A DNA stretch of 64,000 nucleotides from Lama glama (lineage: Eukaryota): positions 60,328,001 through 60,392,000 of the forward strand of contig CM052817.1 of the NCBI GenBank assembly GCA_028534125.1. Direction: 5' to 3'. Positions 1 to 13,706 of this stretch are shown one piece after another (the stretch's first letter is position 1; each line of letters starts with the position of its first letter). The translations under genes were made by a program, and so were the position numbers. The notes beneath the pieces were generated by a model. The model was not told the DNA's origin and did not search any database. It saw only the letters and a program-made list of their open reading frames with translations.

Positions 1-480
1 AGGGAAAGGTGGCTGCTCTTACCGTGTATATTCCACATTGTATTGGTACTAGCCAGTGCAATAAGGTATGAAAAGGAAATAAACAGTATACAGGTTAGAA
101 AGGGAGAAGTACAGATGCCTTTGTTTGAAAATGACATGACTGTCTATATAGAAATTTCTATGGAATCTACAAAAAAGGAATCTAAAACTAACAAGTGAGT
201 TTAATAAGATTTCATAATGCAAAATCAGTATTCAATAATCTGATATATTTCTATATTCTAACAACAAAAATTGAATTAAAATTTAAAAGTACCATTTACA
301 ATAAAATATAAAAATATTTAGCAATAAATATGACAAAAGAAATGTAAGACCTATTTACTGAATACTACTTTGATTGATTTTTTTATTAGAAATATTGATC
401 AAAAAAATTTTGAAAGACTGATTTAAATGAAGATTATGCCATGTTCATGAATCAGAAGATTTGGTATTGTTACAATGTCA
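1..480 (+). mobile_element. Old L1 ORF2 fragment (reverse transcriptase region), decayed
   Basis: gtactagccagtgcaataagg...ttgtttgaaaatgacatgactgtctatatagaaa resembles the L1 'LFADDMIVY' coding region; contains stops. Confidence 0.8.
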
Positions 481-539
481 AAAACAATTCTTTGTATAAG
501 TACCTAGGCTGCTGAAAAAAATAATATAACATAAGTATA

Positions 540-1370
540 AATGGCATGGCAGTAGGAGAATATTTGGAATATCAGAGAGATGTGATGGCAAGGAACGGTG
601 CTGAAAGTAAGCATGACGATATATATTGGGGCCAGATCGTGAAGGTTTTTTATACCATGCTAAGAGTTTAAGCTTTTTCCTTCAGAAGTTGTAAGTAATT
701 GACTGTTACATCTGTTTTTAACTTTCAGTTTTCAAGTAGTTTTAGATTTATAGAAAAATTATGAAAATAGTACATTGAGTTTGTTTATATTCATCTTTCC
801 CTCCCCCAATATTAATGTCTTAAATAGCCATAGTACAGTTACCAAGAACAATACAATATTATTAAATGTGTTACAGATCTTACTAAAAATTTATCAATTT
901 ATTCAATAACTTTTTTCTGTTCTAAAATTTTACTCAGGATCCTATGTTGCATTTAGTTGTCATTTCTCCTTAATTCCTCCAGACCATAATAGTTCCTCAG
1001 TCTTTTATCAATGACTTTTAAAACAGAAAAGCAACATAAGGATATTTAGAAAAAAAAAAAAAAGATACCGTGTCCTTTTACAATAAGGATTATTAGAGAA
1101 AGGTTAAGCTGAAGGCTGTGAAATCATATCAGCTTAGAGTCAGTTTTAGTAATTGGGTTAGTGGTGACACAGATTGAACTAAGGGACTGGCAGTGAATAT
1201 TCCAAGAAGAGAACAGCTTTGAGAAATGTTTGGGAGGTAGAATTACAGTATGGGTTAAGCAAAGCTGATATGAAGGAGTATGGGGAATAAGAAAGAGGAA
1301 ATAATTGAAAGTGGCTTCTGATTTTTGGCATTGATAATCTGGATGAACAGCAATAACTGAGAGAGCAATG
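540..1370 (-). mobile_element. L2 fragment interrupted by an old L1 3' fragment (about 712-1015)
   Basis: gggccagatcgtgaagg...taagagtttaagc is L2 antisense; ttagatttatagaaaaattatgaaaatagtac...caggatcctatgttgcatttagttgtc is an L1MC/ME-type 3' UTR antisense. Confidence 0.55.
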
Positions 1371-2109
1371 TCCGATATTATTTATTTGTCATCCTCTGTC
1401 TTCCCCTTACATAAACACAGACACATAGTTCATTATATCTTTTTAGCAAGATCTTATTCTTATTTTCATAAGGTATGATTTGCTAGAGTATATTAAATAT
1501 CTCTATTTATAATAATATCTTATCACTTATCACTTGTCTTGAAAGAATGATATAAATCCAAGGTGTGCCATATTATAAAAGGATAATAATTTTAATAATG
1601 AGAATTTCTATAAAATCACAGAAAAAGTTTTGAAGGCTAACATATAATATAATATGGATTTTCATTTTTTTCACAGTTGTGTTTAATCCTTACTTTTTTT
1701 AGCTGGGACTATTCAGAGATCAAATATTATCTGTATCAACTAAATACAACATTCTTCACTCATGTAGTTTCTTAAAGTCCTGCTGCTGTTCTTTCCTGAA
1801 GTCGTAACTTCTATTAGGTGACAATCAGGTGTTTATAAGGGAGTGGAGATGTTGTTTTAGATTAACTTACGTCTGTAGGATGTGGGAAGAACACTTTTCT
1901 ACACATGATATTAAGCAAAATATTCCCCAAAGTAAAAGACTGACAAATTTGCTTGAGTAATAGTTTAAAATCTTCTAATTATATGTAAATTTAAAATACA
2001 GGAAGAATAAAGATGGGCATTTTAACATATAAGTAACAGATAAAGGATTGATACTGAAAATATGTGAAACACTCCTTCAAATTAACAAGAAGACAAACAC
2101 ATTCAAAAG

Positions 2110-2400
2110 TCGTATTTCTTGCCTACTCTTCCAACTTACTCTTACACAATTGATCTCTGTACTGCAGCTACCTAGCTCTTCCTTCTGCCTCTCAGGTAAT
2201 ACCTGATCATTCTCATACAGCATCTTTGCAGTCTATTTCTTCTATTTGGAAATATTTTCTTTACTCTTTTTCATCAGGGCAACTCCTCTTCACAGAATTG
2301 GTTCTTAGTTACCCTTCAGACTGCAGCTCCAAATGCAATTCTGCATTAAAAGATTTTCCCAACCCATAGTCTAGAAAATAATACTTTTGAGCTGCTATAG
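2110..2400 (+). mobile_element. L2 fragment
   Basis: Pyrimidine-rich L2-like text (ctttgcagtctatttcttctatttggaaat..., cccttcagactgcagctccaaatg). Confidence 0.5.
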
Positions 2401-2689
2401 AGTAATGGCTTTTTTTGACCTAACACCTATATACCACATCATTATTCATTTATCTTCTGTCTCTCCCATTACACACTTGTCTTTTTTTTAACCACATTTC
2501 ATCCTGACTACCTGACTTTTGCCTGGTATAGTATATACATTTGACATGTAAAACATACATATGTATATGCACATAACCATATGTGTTCATTGCAGAAATA
2601 ATTAAATTAATATTAAATGGGAGAGTAATTTGAATTTCCATAAATAGAGGCTGTGAAAGTAGATAATTGAAAGGCTATAAAGTAAATGC

Positions 2690-2870
2690 AATGAAATCTA
2701 GATTCTAGGCTGGTCTCCCCACTACTTACTGAAAAAGTAAGAATGAGCCTCAATTTAGTGTTCAACAAATGAAGATAAGAATCTATCCAATATAGTCATG
2801 CTGACAAAATGATAAAATGTATATAAAAACATTTTGTAAATTCCAAAAAGCTTACAAAAATAAAGTAATA
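2690..2870 (+). mobile_element. MIR fragment
   Basis: tgagcctcaattt...caaatgaagataagaat...atgtatataaaaacatttt, MIR core-like. Confidence 0.45.
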
Positions 2871-3196
2871 CTTAGTCAGTTTTTTTAATCACTTTTATCA
2901 CATCATTGTTGGTAGATCCGCTTTAGGGCTTGACTGAAAGTATACTCAATACCTCAATGTTTCTTCCCAGTAGCTTTTTTCATCCTTGTTAATTTTTTTG
3001 TATATACTCTCTGTATTTGGAACTGAAACTGTATAGAAGTAATTCCTTAATCCCAAATCCCAAAAAGAAAAAAGGGAGAATGGTATCAAAATCTTTATTC
3101 TTTTCTCTTTTACATCCAGCAGGCTGACATTTTCTGAATCTTGTAAGAGAGAGAGTTAAGTGTCTTCTAGTTGTTTACATGGGCCTTTGTGTTTTA

Positions 3197-3393
3197 TTGT
3201 TTTTCCCATTTTTTTAAATTGAAGTATAGTTGATTTGCAATGTTGTATTAGTTTCTGGTGTACAGCGTAGTAAATCAGTTATACATACAAATATATGTAT
3301 TCTTTTTTCATATTCTTCTCCATTGCAGTTTACTACAAGCCATTGAATATAGTTCCCTGTGCTATACAGTAGGACTTTGTTATTTATCTATTC
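3197..3393 (-). mobile_element. Truncated cetartiodactyl-type L1 3' end
   Basis: ttttttaaattgaagtatagttgat...tctggtgtacagc...gaatatagttccctgtgctatacagtaggac; degenerate 17-bp flanking repeat at 3180-3196 and 3394-3410. Confidence 0.85.
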
Positions 3394-3449
3394 TGGACCT
3401 TTAAGTTTTAAAACAGTGATTTTTCTATTTCTTATGGCCCAGTTATTAA

Positions 3450-3640
3450 AAGTCTGTGTTGGGTCTGAATCCCAACTCTAACATCTACTAATAGTATGAA
3501 CTTGGACAATGCATTTAAATTCACTGAGCCATTTTCTTTATGTGAAAATGAGAATGATAAAAGCTTTTCTGTACGTGGTTGTTTGAAATGTAAATGGAAA
3601 AATAAAGTGACTTACAATAGGTGCTAGGTTAAACGTTTAG
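3450..3640 (+). mobile_element. MIR
   Basis: gggtctgaatcccaactcta...gaacttggacaatgcatttaaattcactgagcc...gtgaaaatgagaatgataa. Confidence 0.7.
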
Positions 3641-5386
3641 TCCATCTCAGAATTAGATTATGAACTATAACTAAAGGTTCATGATGGCATTAGATGACTG
3701 AAAAAATAATCAACTGAGAATTATTCAGTTGAGTCATTTGATGGCTGGTAGTCAACCCTTTTAGCCATTTATATTCTTTGTAAGAACAAATTAAGTCTTA
3801 ATGCTTTTTAATTATAATTAAATTAATTTTTTCATATCCTCACTTCCTAAATAGATAATTATGGTTAAATTGGACCTTGTAACACTATTTATGTATAAAG
3901 ATCATCTTTATTTAGAAGAATTTGTTCCAAATGATTGTGTTTTTGGCAAGCTACATTACTGATAAGTCAAATTAGTCCCACCTTTAACATGCCACCTCTC
4001 AGATGGTTGCTGAAAATCATGTTTGCAAAGAATGCTAAATGTCTGGACAGGCTGAAAATGTTTTGTGTTACTATATTCTTATAAGTATAAAAGCAAATGT
4101 CAAGTGCATTTTGGTAGATGAAAAAAGAAAATAAGCAATTATAAATATACTATGCTTGTCATTCATTAATGAGTGAAATAGAAAAAATAAATTAAATTCA
4201 GCTGTTGTATAGAGAGTTCAAATCTTATCTGCTTATCTTATTTTCTCATTTATAAGAGCTCACTGATTTCTAAAATTCAATACTGACATGATTTTTTTTC
4301 AAAGAAAAGACATCATATTAAATGCATTGATCAACTTTGAAATATGTCTTGATTTCAGGTATGATAATATAGAAACTGCAAATATTTTAGAATTGTGGAA
4401 ATACATGTATTGTATCTTAGTTGGAGAAACATGAAAGGATAAAGTCTTCTTAATTTATTGTTAGAAATAAAAACAAAGTATGGATCACTTTTAGAAGGTA
4501 CTTTAATTTTTAGTAACTCTATGTGTCTTCTTTTCCTGTACCACATCCCCACTCACAAACTAAGAGAATTAGAAAAATAGGGAAGTTACACTCCCCAGCA
4601 ATGGTTATATTGTCAATAATATTACTCGGAAAAAAGGAAAGGAAAGTCACTGAATATTAGATGTTCTGAAACGATCACATCAAAGAGCATTGCAGTTACA
4701 ATCCACCAGATTAATAAGTTCCAGAAAGCATTGCACATCAGAACTACTTAGATAGCATATTATAATTCAAATACATGACTGCCAGCCTGGAATGAATAAA
4801 GTAGAACCTCTAGCAGTGAACTTAATCATTTGTATTAAATCTCCAGTTTGAATTCTGATGCAGGGGAGATTTTGGAAACACCATGATGAACAGATTGGGA
4901 GATCTTTGAGGAAAGAATCTGCCATATATATTGTCTAGTCTCCAAAGAAGTTCTTGGCACAGGGTTGAAAGTTGATAAACATGTATTGAAGAATAAGTGA
5001 ATTGAATGTGCAAAAGTCTTGATATGACTTAAAATCATTAGAAGAGGTTATATCAGGACAAATTGGTAAATATAAAAATTCAGAAAAAATTACTGGAAAT
5101 AGGTGTATCCAAGAAGGATGGTGCTACCCAAAACTATTCCACTGAGATCTCATTGAATATTCAGTAACAGATAATCAATTTCAAGACTTTAATAGATTTT
5201 ATTTTAATCTCATTTTATTTAATAAGAAAAAGAAGGCTCAAACTGATTATTTTCAGAAATGAAGAAAAAGTAGTGTTCATAAACATCATTTAAGTTAAAT
5301 TTATACATTTATACAGGGAACTTCATTTCCGTAACTGCTGAGTGACCAGAAAGGGTGAGAAAGTGTTGCAAATTGCAGTTGCTATT

Positions 5387-5589
5387 AGAAGAAGGAAGGA
5401 AGGAAGGAAGGAAGGAAGGAAGGAAGGAAGGAAGGAAGGAAGGAAGGAAGGAAGGAAGGAAGGAAGGAAAAAGAAAAGAAAGAAAGAAAGGTAGGAAGGA
5501 AGGAAGGAATGAAGGAAGGGAGGGAGGGAGGAAGAGGGGAGGGAAAGAGCAAAGGAGAAAGGGAAGGAAGGAAAAAAAAAGAAAAAAGG
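5387..5589. repeat. (GGAA)n microsatellite (about 19 units, 5391-5468) followed by a GA-rich purine tract
   Basis: Directly visible. Confidence 0.97.
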
Positions 5590-8419
5590 TGTCCTTTCTG
5601 CAATTAATGCAGGCTCCAAACATCTTTGATAGCACTACAGTCTCAAACATCTGGAGTCACAAAACCAGCAAGCTGTTCAATATCCTCTATATGTTTGGAA
5701 GTGCATGAGTACATGCATACATAATAATACAGATGAATCACAGGGCTTGAAGTAATTAAAGGGAAAGCAGTATTCCATTGAGAAGTCCTTGGCTTCGTTT
5801 CTTGTAATGAAAAAAGTGGTGGATATGCACACAAACATGCTGATACTTCAAATTCAGTTTTCACACTGTATCTAATGAACTAAAGTTTTCTTTGTATGGA
5901 ACTAAACCTCTAAGTAATGCAGTATTCTAACAGCCAAGACATGGAATTCTTATAGCAGAAGGTAGACTTCTTCACTAAGCTTTGCTTCTGTTCTTGTAGC
6001 CTTTATTTTCTTAAATCTCTTCTGCTTACAGAGTTACAGTCTCTATTTTACACTAACATGTATATAGGCCCTCTGAAGCAGATCAGCTTGTTATCCTCTC
6101 TGCTTCAACCACCATTTTATATTGACAAAATGAGCATCAAATATGTCCTTGGTAGGTTGCCTTGCAGACTATTCGTAAAGTGCCCAGCCAGGGCTGTGTT
6201 TTGGGTCAGTCTCAGTCCATTTTAGATGTGTGAGCTCCTTTTTTCCTCTGTATTGAGACTACTGCTTTTTACCAAACCTGACAATAAGCAATCTCCAATT
6301 GAGCTTTCCCTAATGAAGGGTTCTGTCATCTTTCATTTGCCCTGCAAAAATTTTAACATTGTAAGTGACATTTGCTTGCTACGGTGAAAAAGATGGTGAA
6401 CAGTGAGTTAGAGAGCTGGGCTTTTTTAGGCTTTTTTGGGAAGAGAGTTTGTAAGTTCTTGACAACCATGAACCGTGGAAGATTGGGGGCACCATGAGAG
6501 GGATGCATGTCTGTGACTTGCAGACTGCTTATTCTCCCAGTCTCTTTCTCTGAGAAATATAGCACCATGATTTTGGTACTCTTTTTGAGTCTCAGAGTCT
6601 TTCTTCAGATAGTGTTCTAGGATGCGAACTTACCAACCAGTCATGATTGGTATAGCAGTTAAAGCTGATTTTCCATTCTGGGTTCCATGATCTCTAAATT
6701 ACCTTTCAGATCTTATGTTATATGGTTTTCTGGTTGTAATTTTTGATGATTTTTATTTTGATTTTATCAGGAGAATTCCATTATTCTTGATAATATGTGT
6801 ATCGAGATGGATACTACCAAATAGCAGTAATCTAAAAATAATACATTTGCTTATATAATAATTGTTTTTAGAATTTGCTTAGTTTGTTTTCTTACTAACA
6901 GAAGTCAATAGGGAGTAGCATAGTTGGTAGGAGGAAATCACAAATTATATACTAAAGCAATTTTTTCTGTTACTGAATGATTAATATATGACTCTTCAGA
7001 GTTTATCCTTCTAAATTTGAAGATTAAAATAGATAATTTTCATGTATTGTTATATGTGACCAAATTAATACTGAATCTGAATTTTATCATCTCAGACCTC
7101 TATATTTATAACTTTACAACTTTTGTCGTAGCTTTATATAAACTAGTACACTTATTTGATCAGGTTTAGTCACTGTAATCTAAAGATTGAATTCAGTTGT
7201 CTATACCTTAAGGCACTCTTCTTATTTTGAATTTAAATGCTAAATGAGTCAAGTTTTTAAACATTTTTTTAAAGTGAATTTCTATTTGCTTGTATAAATC
7301 ATCAATGTTCTTTTTACTACCATAATGAAACAAACTTTTGACCAGTGTTCTTGCATAAATTCATTGAAAGTATAACTATAAATTCATATTGCTTTTTATA
7401 AGTGTTGAATTCATGAATATGAATAGGTTTAATGTGTGATTTTTAGTGAAATTTCACTCTCAATCTGTTATGATCTAAGAAGCACTCATCCCTAAGGCTA
7501 TCTTTCACATTTATCTGAAATCATATAACCTCTCTCATGCTTGAAAATTGTGTTCCTAATAATTATTAATTTAATTTGTGTGTGTTGGATGGCTTAACAT
7601 TAATCATAATAAATTTATTTGATGTTTATATGCATGTCACTAGCATAGTAATTCTAAACTTTCACTTCTTTAGCCTTTGTTAACTGGCCAGTTAATTACA
7701 TGGAGGTACTTATCATCTAAGTTTTCCTTTGAATTTTTCAAGAATTATGTAAAAGAATCTATAATAGATTTTAAATATACAGAATGTTATATCTAGAATG
7801 CATGAAATCTAGAATAAAGACTGGAACAACTATATCTGACCTTTTCAAATGGAATTAATTTTGCCTTGATTCTTTCTGAATTTACTTTTGATTATATTTC
7901 TAATTTTTTGCCTTCAAATAGTGGCATTCTTAAATATCACTTCTGAACTTTTTTTCCCTACATATGCTGTGTATTTGTATTCACTCATAATTTATATTTG
8001 TTCTAGTTTTAAATATATTTTGAAGTAAGTGTGTATGCATGCACAGAATAGTTAAAGTGAAGTTAAAGGAGATCATAAACCATATAGTAGAGATTAGAAA
8101 TTACTCAGCTGGAAACCAGAATGAGATAGTTTCTGAAATTTAGTATTCGATTTGACCATGAGTATTCTGATTATCAAGGAAAAGAACAAAAACACTTTCA
8201 TTTCTCCAGCTGAATAGGAGAGACACCTGTCATCAAAGTTTTAGATACCAGAATGGCTGTTCTCTGTGGCCAGAAATGCCTTCCTCAAATGCTTCATTTC
8301 CCCCTTTATTCATTTACTAGTTTACATATTACCTCCTTTTTTTGAAACCTTGTATTATATACTCAGTAAAATTACCTTTTCTCTGAGTTATATATTGATA
8401 ATTGTAAAAGTATAACCAT

Positions 8420-8620
8420 CACTAATTGAACACCTATCACATGAAAGACAAATAACAGACACTGAATTATCTCTAATTCTCAGCAATAATCCTGAAAGAT
8501 GCATGCTATCTTACCCTCTTGACAGATGATGAAACTGAGACCAAGGGAAGCTAAGAAAATTACACGAGGCTAAACAACTAATTAGGGCGAAATTCTTGAA
8601 GTCAGTTCCAATAGCACTCC
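8420..8620 (-). mobile_element. MIR just upstream of the first exon
   Basis: ttgacagatgatgaaactgagaccaagggaagctaagaaaattacacgagg, antisense MIR core. Confidence 0.7.
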
Positions 8621-8725
8621 TCATATAGAATGTTCCTTTAACAAAATGTTTTCCATAGTTGTATAATAACTGTGTAAGCCGTAGTCACTGTTCCTCAAAA
8701 AAAAGAGAAAATATATGACGTTTGA

Positions 8726-9043
<318 letters not shown>

Positions 9044-12000
9044 TGATTTGTGTAAGCTGATATTTGCATGGCAAGAAACTTCATTGAATCTTGCAGAACT
9101 TGAGGAGCGTACCCATTATTATTTGTGGTTTTCTGGTCCCGTCATATCCTTCTTACAAATCTAGCAACGACAACAAAAAATTTGATTCAGACTTCAACGT
9201 TCAATTTTTTGTATCCCTTTGAATTCAGTTTAAAAAATAAATACCTGTACTTAATGCTCAGTTTATAAATGTTTCTAAAGGGAATCTGACTCCAGTGTAC
9301 CTTGATCTTTCAAATAATGGGAAGTCATAAAGACAATACTACCTTTCTCCCCTTTCAAAGACATGCATACCTCTATATAATACTAATAAATCATTTTGGA
9401 CAGATCCTGGAACACTGAAAAAAAATTGCCCATTTCTGTTTATTGGTTCAAAAAAATCTGATGTATCTTGCCTACACCCTTGGGTAGACTTCAGTATCTA
9501 CTTGTATTTAACTCTTTGGGGATCACTGACTTTATATTACTTTATATTTAGCCCAGCATATTATCTACAGTATGAAAGCTCACAAAAATATTTAGTACAA
9601 AATTAACTAATTAATTTAACTTTGTAAGGTAAAACACAAGGCATTTTCCCTAAATTTGCCATAATTTGAAAATAAGACAGTTTGTCTCATTATTTTCACT
9701 TATGTTACATTAAGAAAATAAGCAAAAATACCACTTTTGTTTAAATATTTTTTCCTGAATTAATCTACCTGTTTTCTAGTTGACTGACCTCAGAGATGTT
9801 CAAATATAGCTTCTCTCTTATTTTCAACACCAGGAGAGAAGAAACAGAGTAGAGATTAATAAAATGAGAGGAAATAAACAGATTTTGATGAAGATATATA
9901 TTTTGAAACATGTTTCCTTAGAGATTTGCCTTAAGAACAAGTCTCAGAGATGTTCTAGTCAATAGAGATGGGCCTAGTTTTTACATTTTTCTTTAAAAAA
10001 TCAAGAAGGCTTTACCCTCTATAGTGCAGCTTATTTTTCTTAGCAAATAAATAACTATTTTAAAATAAGACTTTTCTTATCCTAATCTGCTCAGCATTGT
10101 GAGCTATCTTGGAGAACAGTTACACAAGAGTGAGCCAGAAAGTGGCATCAACAGAACTGAGCACAAACAGGTTGGCAGAAATCTGGGAAGCAGCAAATAA
10201 GAGCTTCTGTGGACTCCCAGGGAGGGAGAGCAAGTGGCAGTTACATTAGCCCTAAATATGCAAAGGTCGCATGGGGTTTTGGCAGCAGAGTTCCATTAAA
10301 CTTGATGGGTAGGCTTCAGCCAAAATTCTGTGGCACCCTCTAAAAGCATAGTTCTTTGTCTCCGGGACGGAAATCTTTATTTTGTTTCTTAATTCATATT
10401 ATTTAAGGGTCACAGAACAAAGATGAAGAGACTGAAATGAATAAAATAAACAAAAAGGAAATGAAAAATAATTGGCTCATCAGTAAAAGTAAGGATGGGA
10501 CACAAAACGGATGTTCATTGATAGGATTACTTGGTAAACATGGTAAGCTCTATCTCTGGAATCAGTGTGCTAAGTATGCCTTTGCCACTTTTTTCCCAGA
10601 TTATCTATGATATTTATAACCATAAATGGTATTTTTATGACCTCTACTCAAACATAACTTGAAATAATGAATATTTAAATCCTAACTCTTAAAGGGGAGA
10701 AAACACTTTTTAGTTAGTCCTAACAAAATAGTCTTGTAAAATAAAGAACACAACAGTAATGTTTGATGAAGATATTTTTAAAACATTTAAATAAGAATTT
10801 TACTCTTTATTTATAAAAGTCCATGAGGAAAGAAAATCCCTTGTTATCTTACTTCCAAGTCCTACATGGATTGCAGGTTAGGAAATTCTCACAAGAGAAG
10901 ACACTTTTATTACTGATGAGATAAATATATTTTTTTTAAGTACACTAAATTCATAGTCACACAGACTCATTTGCATACATTTGAAATTCTTCACTCTCTT
11001 TTTTTTTGTTTGTTTTCCTTTGAATAAATAGGATGCTACAATCACAGTGTTTGACTGGATCCTCTGTTAGAAGCAGTGTTTGTTTTGGGAATAATAAAAA
11101 GCACTTTCCTTTACTCTGATGATAAACTTAATTTTAACTTATAATTTAACTTAATAATTCATGAAAGAGTACCCAGCTTGTACTATTAAAATTATTTCCA
11201 GTAATACATTTGTTTAATGAAAGAAAATTTTTCTTTGATACTTATAATAAATCTTACTAGTAAAGAGCTGGGCTAGAGTCCAAAGTAAACATCAAGCTAC
11301 CCAAATACTTTGTACCTTGAAGAGGACTACATGTATTTACATATCCATTCATCAGTGTCATCATTTTAAATTCAAACATTGGAATTATATTTGACTTTTA
11401 TCTTGGTTATCAGGAATTACTTTCATGAAGAAATGGATTAAGCATCATCCATGGATGGAATCAGGCAGCCTGCTGGAGCCAAATGTTATTGAAAATGTAT
11501 TTTGCTTAGAAAAGTACACTTTTAAAAAAGGATTAGGTATCTATATCCAGCAAATTAGAGAAACACTTTTTTCAAAAGCAGTTAATTATGATTAAGGGGA
11601 CAGTATAAAAGTCTACTTTAAATTCCTTAACAAAGAAAATTCAAGTCTTTGATTCTAAGTAAATGGATGAAGAGTGGGGAAAAAATGTGAAGCTATTTAA
11701 TGGATTGATTCAAGATATTTTTTAAAAGGTTTGAAAAGAGGAAGTGTTGAACTTTTAAAAATGTGTCATTCAGGAAGTGTTCATAGCTCACTTAGTGCAA
11801 ATGCAAAATATGAGATTAAAACTTTTACAGAAAGTAGTCTTTGCCTTTAAGAGGCTTACAATTAACAAAAAGGAAAAATAGTTATATGACTCCCTTAATA
11901 GAGAAAATAGTATGTTGTGTCATGAACGATGCAAACTGAGTGCTAGTGTTGTGTAATGAAGAAAAGTGTGTAATTTCGGCAGCAGTGATCAAAGAAGGCT

Positions 12001-12139
12001 TTATGGATAGACTTTGATCTTGACTATTGCCTCTCAGAATCCTACTTAACTTTCACAGTGTGTGAGAGACAGCCACTCCAAAAGACAGAAAGAGTGAACA
12101 AATCTTGCAGCAATAAAAGTATTAAAAGTAATATCCCTG

Positions 12140-12330
12140 ATCATTTTTATTTGCCACATACTAGAATCAGTATTTTACATTGTATCATTGAACCTTCTCA
12201 ATAGCACTATGAGGTGGATAATATTGTTATCACAATTTTCAAATAGAAAAACAGAAACAACCCATGGGTAATGTGTTCACAAAACATAGCTGAGATTTAA
12301 AGTCTGACCAGAGCTTATGCTTCTAACCAT
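12140..12330 (-). mobile_element. MIR
   Basis: ctcaatagcactatgaggtggataatattgttatcacaattttcaaatagaaaaacag. Confidence 0.65.
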
Positions 12331-12399
12331 GTATAATGAATATAAAGAGGTTGCAGTCAACTGTTGCCCAAGAATATAATAACAAGAGACAATCTTAGA

Positions 12400-12468
12400 G
12401 AGAACACTTATTATACCCAGGCTCTGTTCATCTCATTTAATCCTCATGCAGCTCTCTGAGGTAGATGG

Positions 12469-12517
<49 letters not shown>

Positions 12518-12635
12518 ATTTACAAAGGAAAAAACTGAGGTAGTAAGAGATCAGGTGATTCAGAAGTAAGTCCAACAAGCCTGAATTCAAACGCTGATAA
12601 TCTCTTCCATAGTCCCTGCTTTCAACCACTAGACT
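12400..12635 (-). mobile_element. MIR containing a (GAT)n microsatellite
   Basis: tctcatttaatcctca...ctgaggtag[(GAT)n]atttacaaaggaaaaaactgagg. Confidence 0.75.
12464..12517. repeat. (GAT)n trinucleotide microsatellite, about 18 units with two GGT interruptions
   Basis: Directly visible. Confidence 0.95.
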
Positions 12636-12889
12636 ATTTTGATGCTATAGAAATAAGAATAAGATTAATTTCTGACACTGAAATAAAAACAAAAGTTTAC
12701 AAATGAAATTATAGAACCATCTTTATTAAAGACAGACAATGACTATAAGCCTGCAGATCTTCAAAATATTAACATCATTCAGGGATGAACACTGTATGTC
12801 AGTTTGGAAAGTTTCGTTGTCATTGGAAGCATGGAAACAGGACAATCACTGGGTCAAAGCAGGCTGACCTCTCGGCAGAAATAGCCACT

Positions 12890-13030
12890 TGCATATACAG
12901 TAACCATCCTCCCTTTTAAATTTGCTAACAAAATGCCAAATTTGTGTGAGAGAGCTGTACTTCCAGCTGAAAAACTGTATTTCCCAGGATTGCCTATAGC
13001 TGGGGGTTGTGATGTGCTACTGCCAATTAC
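12890..13030 (-). mobile_element. MLT1-type (ERVL-MaLR) LTR fragment
   Basis: ctgtatttcccaggattgcctatagctgggggttgtgatgtg resembles MLT1 'actacatttcccagcctcccttgcagctagg'. Confidence 0.5.
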
Positions 13031-13355
13031 TGTGATGGGTCTGAGATTTTATCCTACTTGCAAGCTCACAAGTTAGTCTGCCTCAATTCTATGGATGCTG
13101 GCAGAAAACACTGCGCTCCTGGATTAGAGAGAGAAGACGTTAGTACTCAGGGCACAGCAAGCAGCATGAGCCTTATATTAATGTCAGTTTCTCTCAGCCT
13201 CAGGTACAGCAAGGCTATGTGGAGCTGCTTAGGTGGATTTGTACATGCTGTGGGCTTGTATGAGAGTGAAGGAACCCCAATTTAGCAAACCTGTAGTTTT
13301 TATAATAGGCTTCTAGTAAACCTGCTCACCATGTGTCCTGAAAGGGGACACACAT
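13031..13355 (-). mobile_element. ERVL LTR fragment (LTR40-like)
   Basis: tgtgatgggtctgagattttatcctacttgcaagctcacaagttagtctgcc...atggatgctggcagaa; homologous to 56021-56513. Confidence 0.7.
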
Positions 13356-13519
13356 CAGTATGGCCTCCAACTTGACCTCCTTGCCAGCTAGTGGTGCTAC
13401 GAGTTCTCAATTTATATAGACTATTTGAGTCCAGCTCTTGTTTAGAAGGGACAGCCTGAGGGCAGTGAGTGCAGTCTGTCCTTCTTGTGTGTTCCAGAGA
13501 TCAATACTCTACCTGTAAG

Positions 13520-13706
13520 ACCTGAAACTTCTTTTTGTAAATAAAGTTTCGTTGCAACACAGCATACACATTTGTTTACATATTCTCTGCCTGCTTTTGA
13601 ACTACAGTAGCAGAGTTGAGCATTTTCAATAGAAGCAATATAACCCATATGCCTAAAATATTACAAGCTGGCCCTTTAAGAAATTGCTTACCAATTTCTG
13701 TTCTAG
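13520..13706. mobile_element. MER58A-like hAT-Charlie DNA transposon
   Basis: ttttgtaaataaagtttcgttgcaacacagc...tttgtttacatatt...ctacagtagcagagttgag...gcctaaaatattacaagctggcccttt. Confidence 0.8.

Noticed and set aside
5309..5708. Overlapping ORFs of 72-117 aa with EGRK or PSFL repeats
   Set aside because: They are translations of the (GGAA)n microsatellite, which has no stop codons.
7445..7458. Perfect 14-bp palindrome agtgaaatttcact
   Set aside because: Several palindromes with 7-bp arms are expected by chance in 64 kb of AT-rich DNA.
12444..12629. Poly-His ORF on the minus strand
   Set aside because: It is the translation of the (GAT)n STR inside a MIR.
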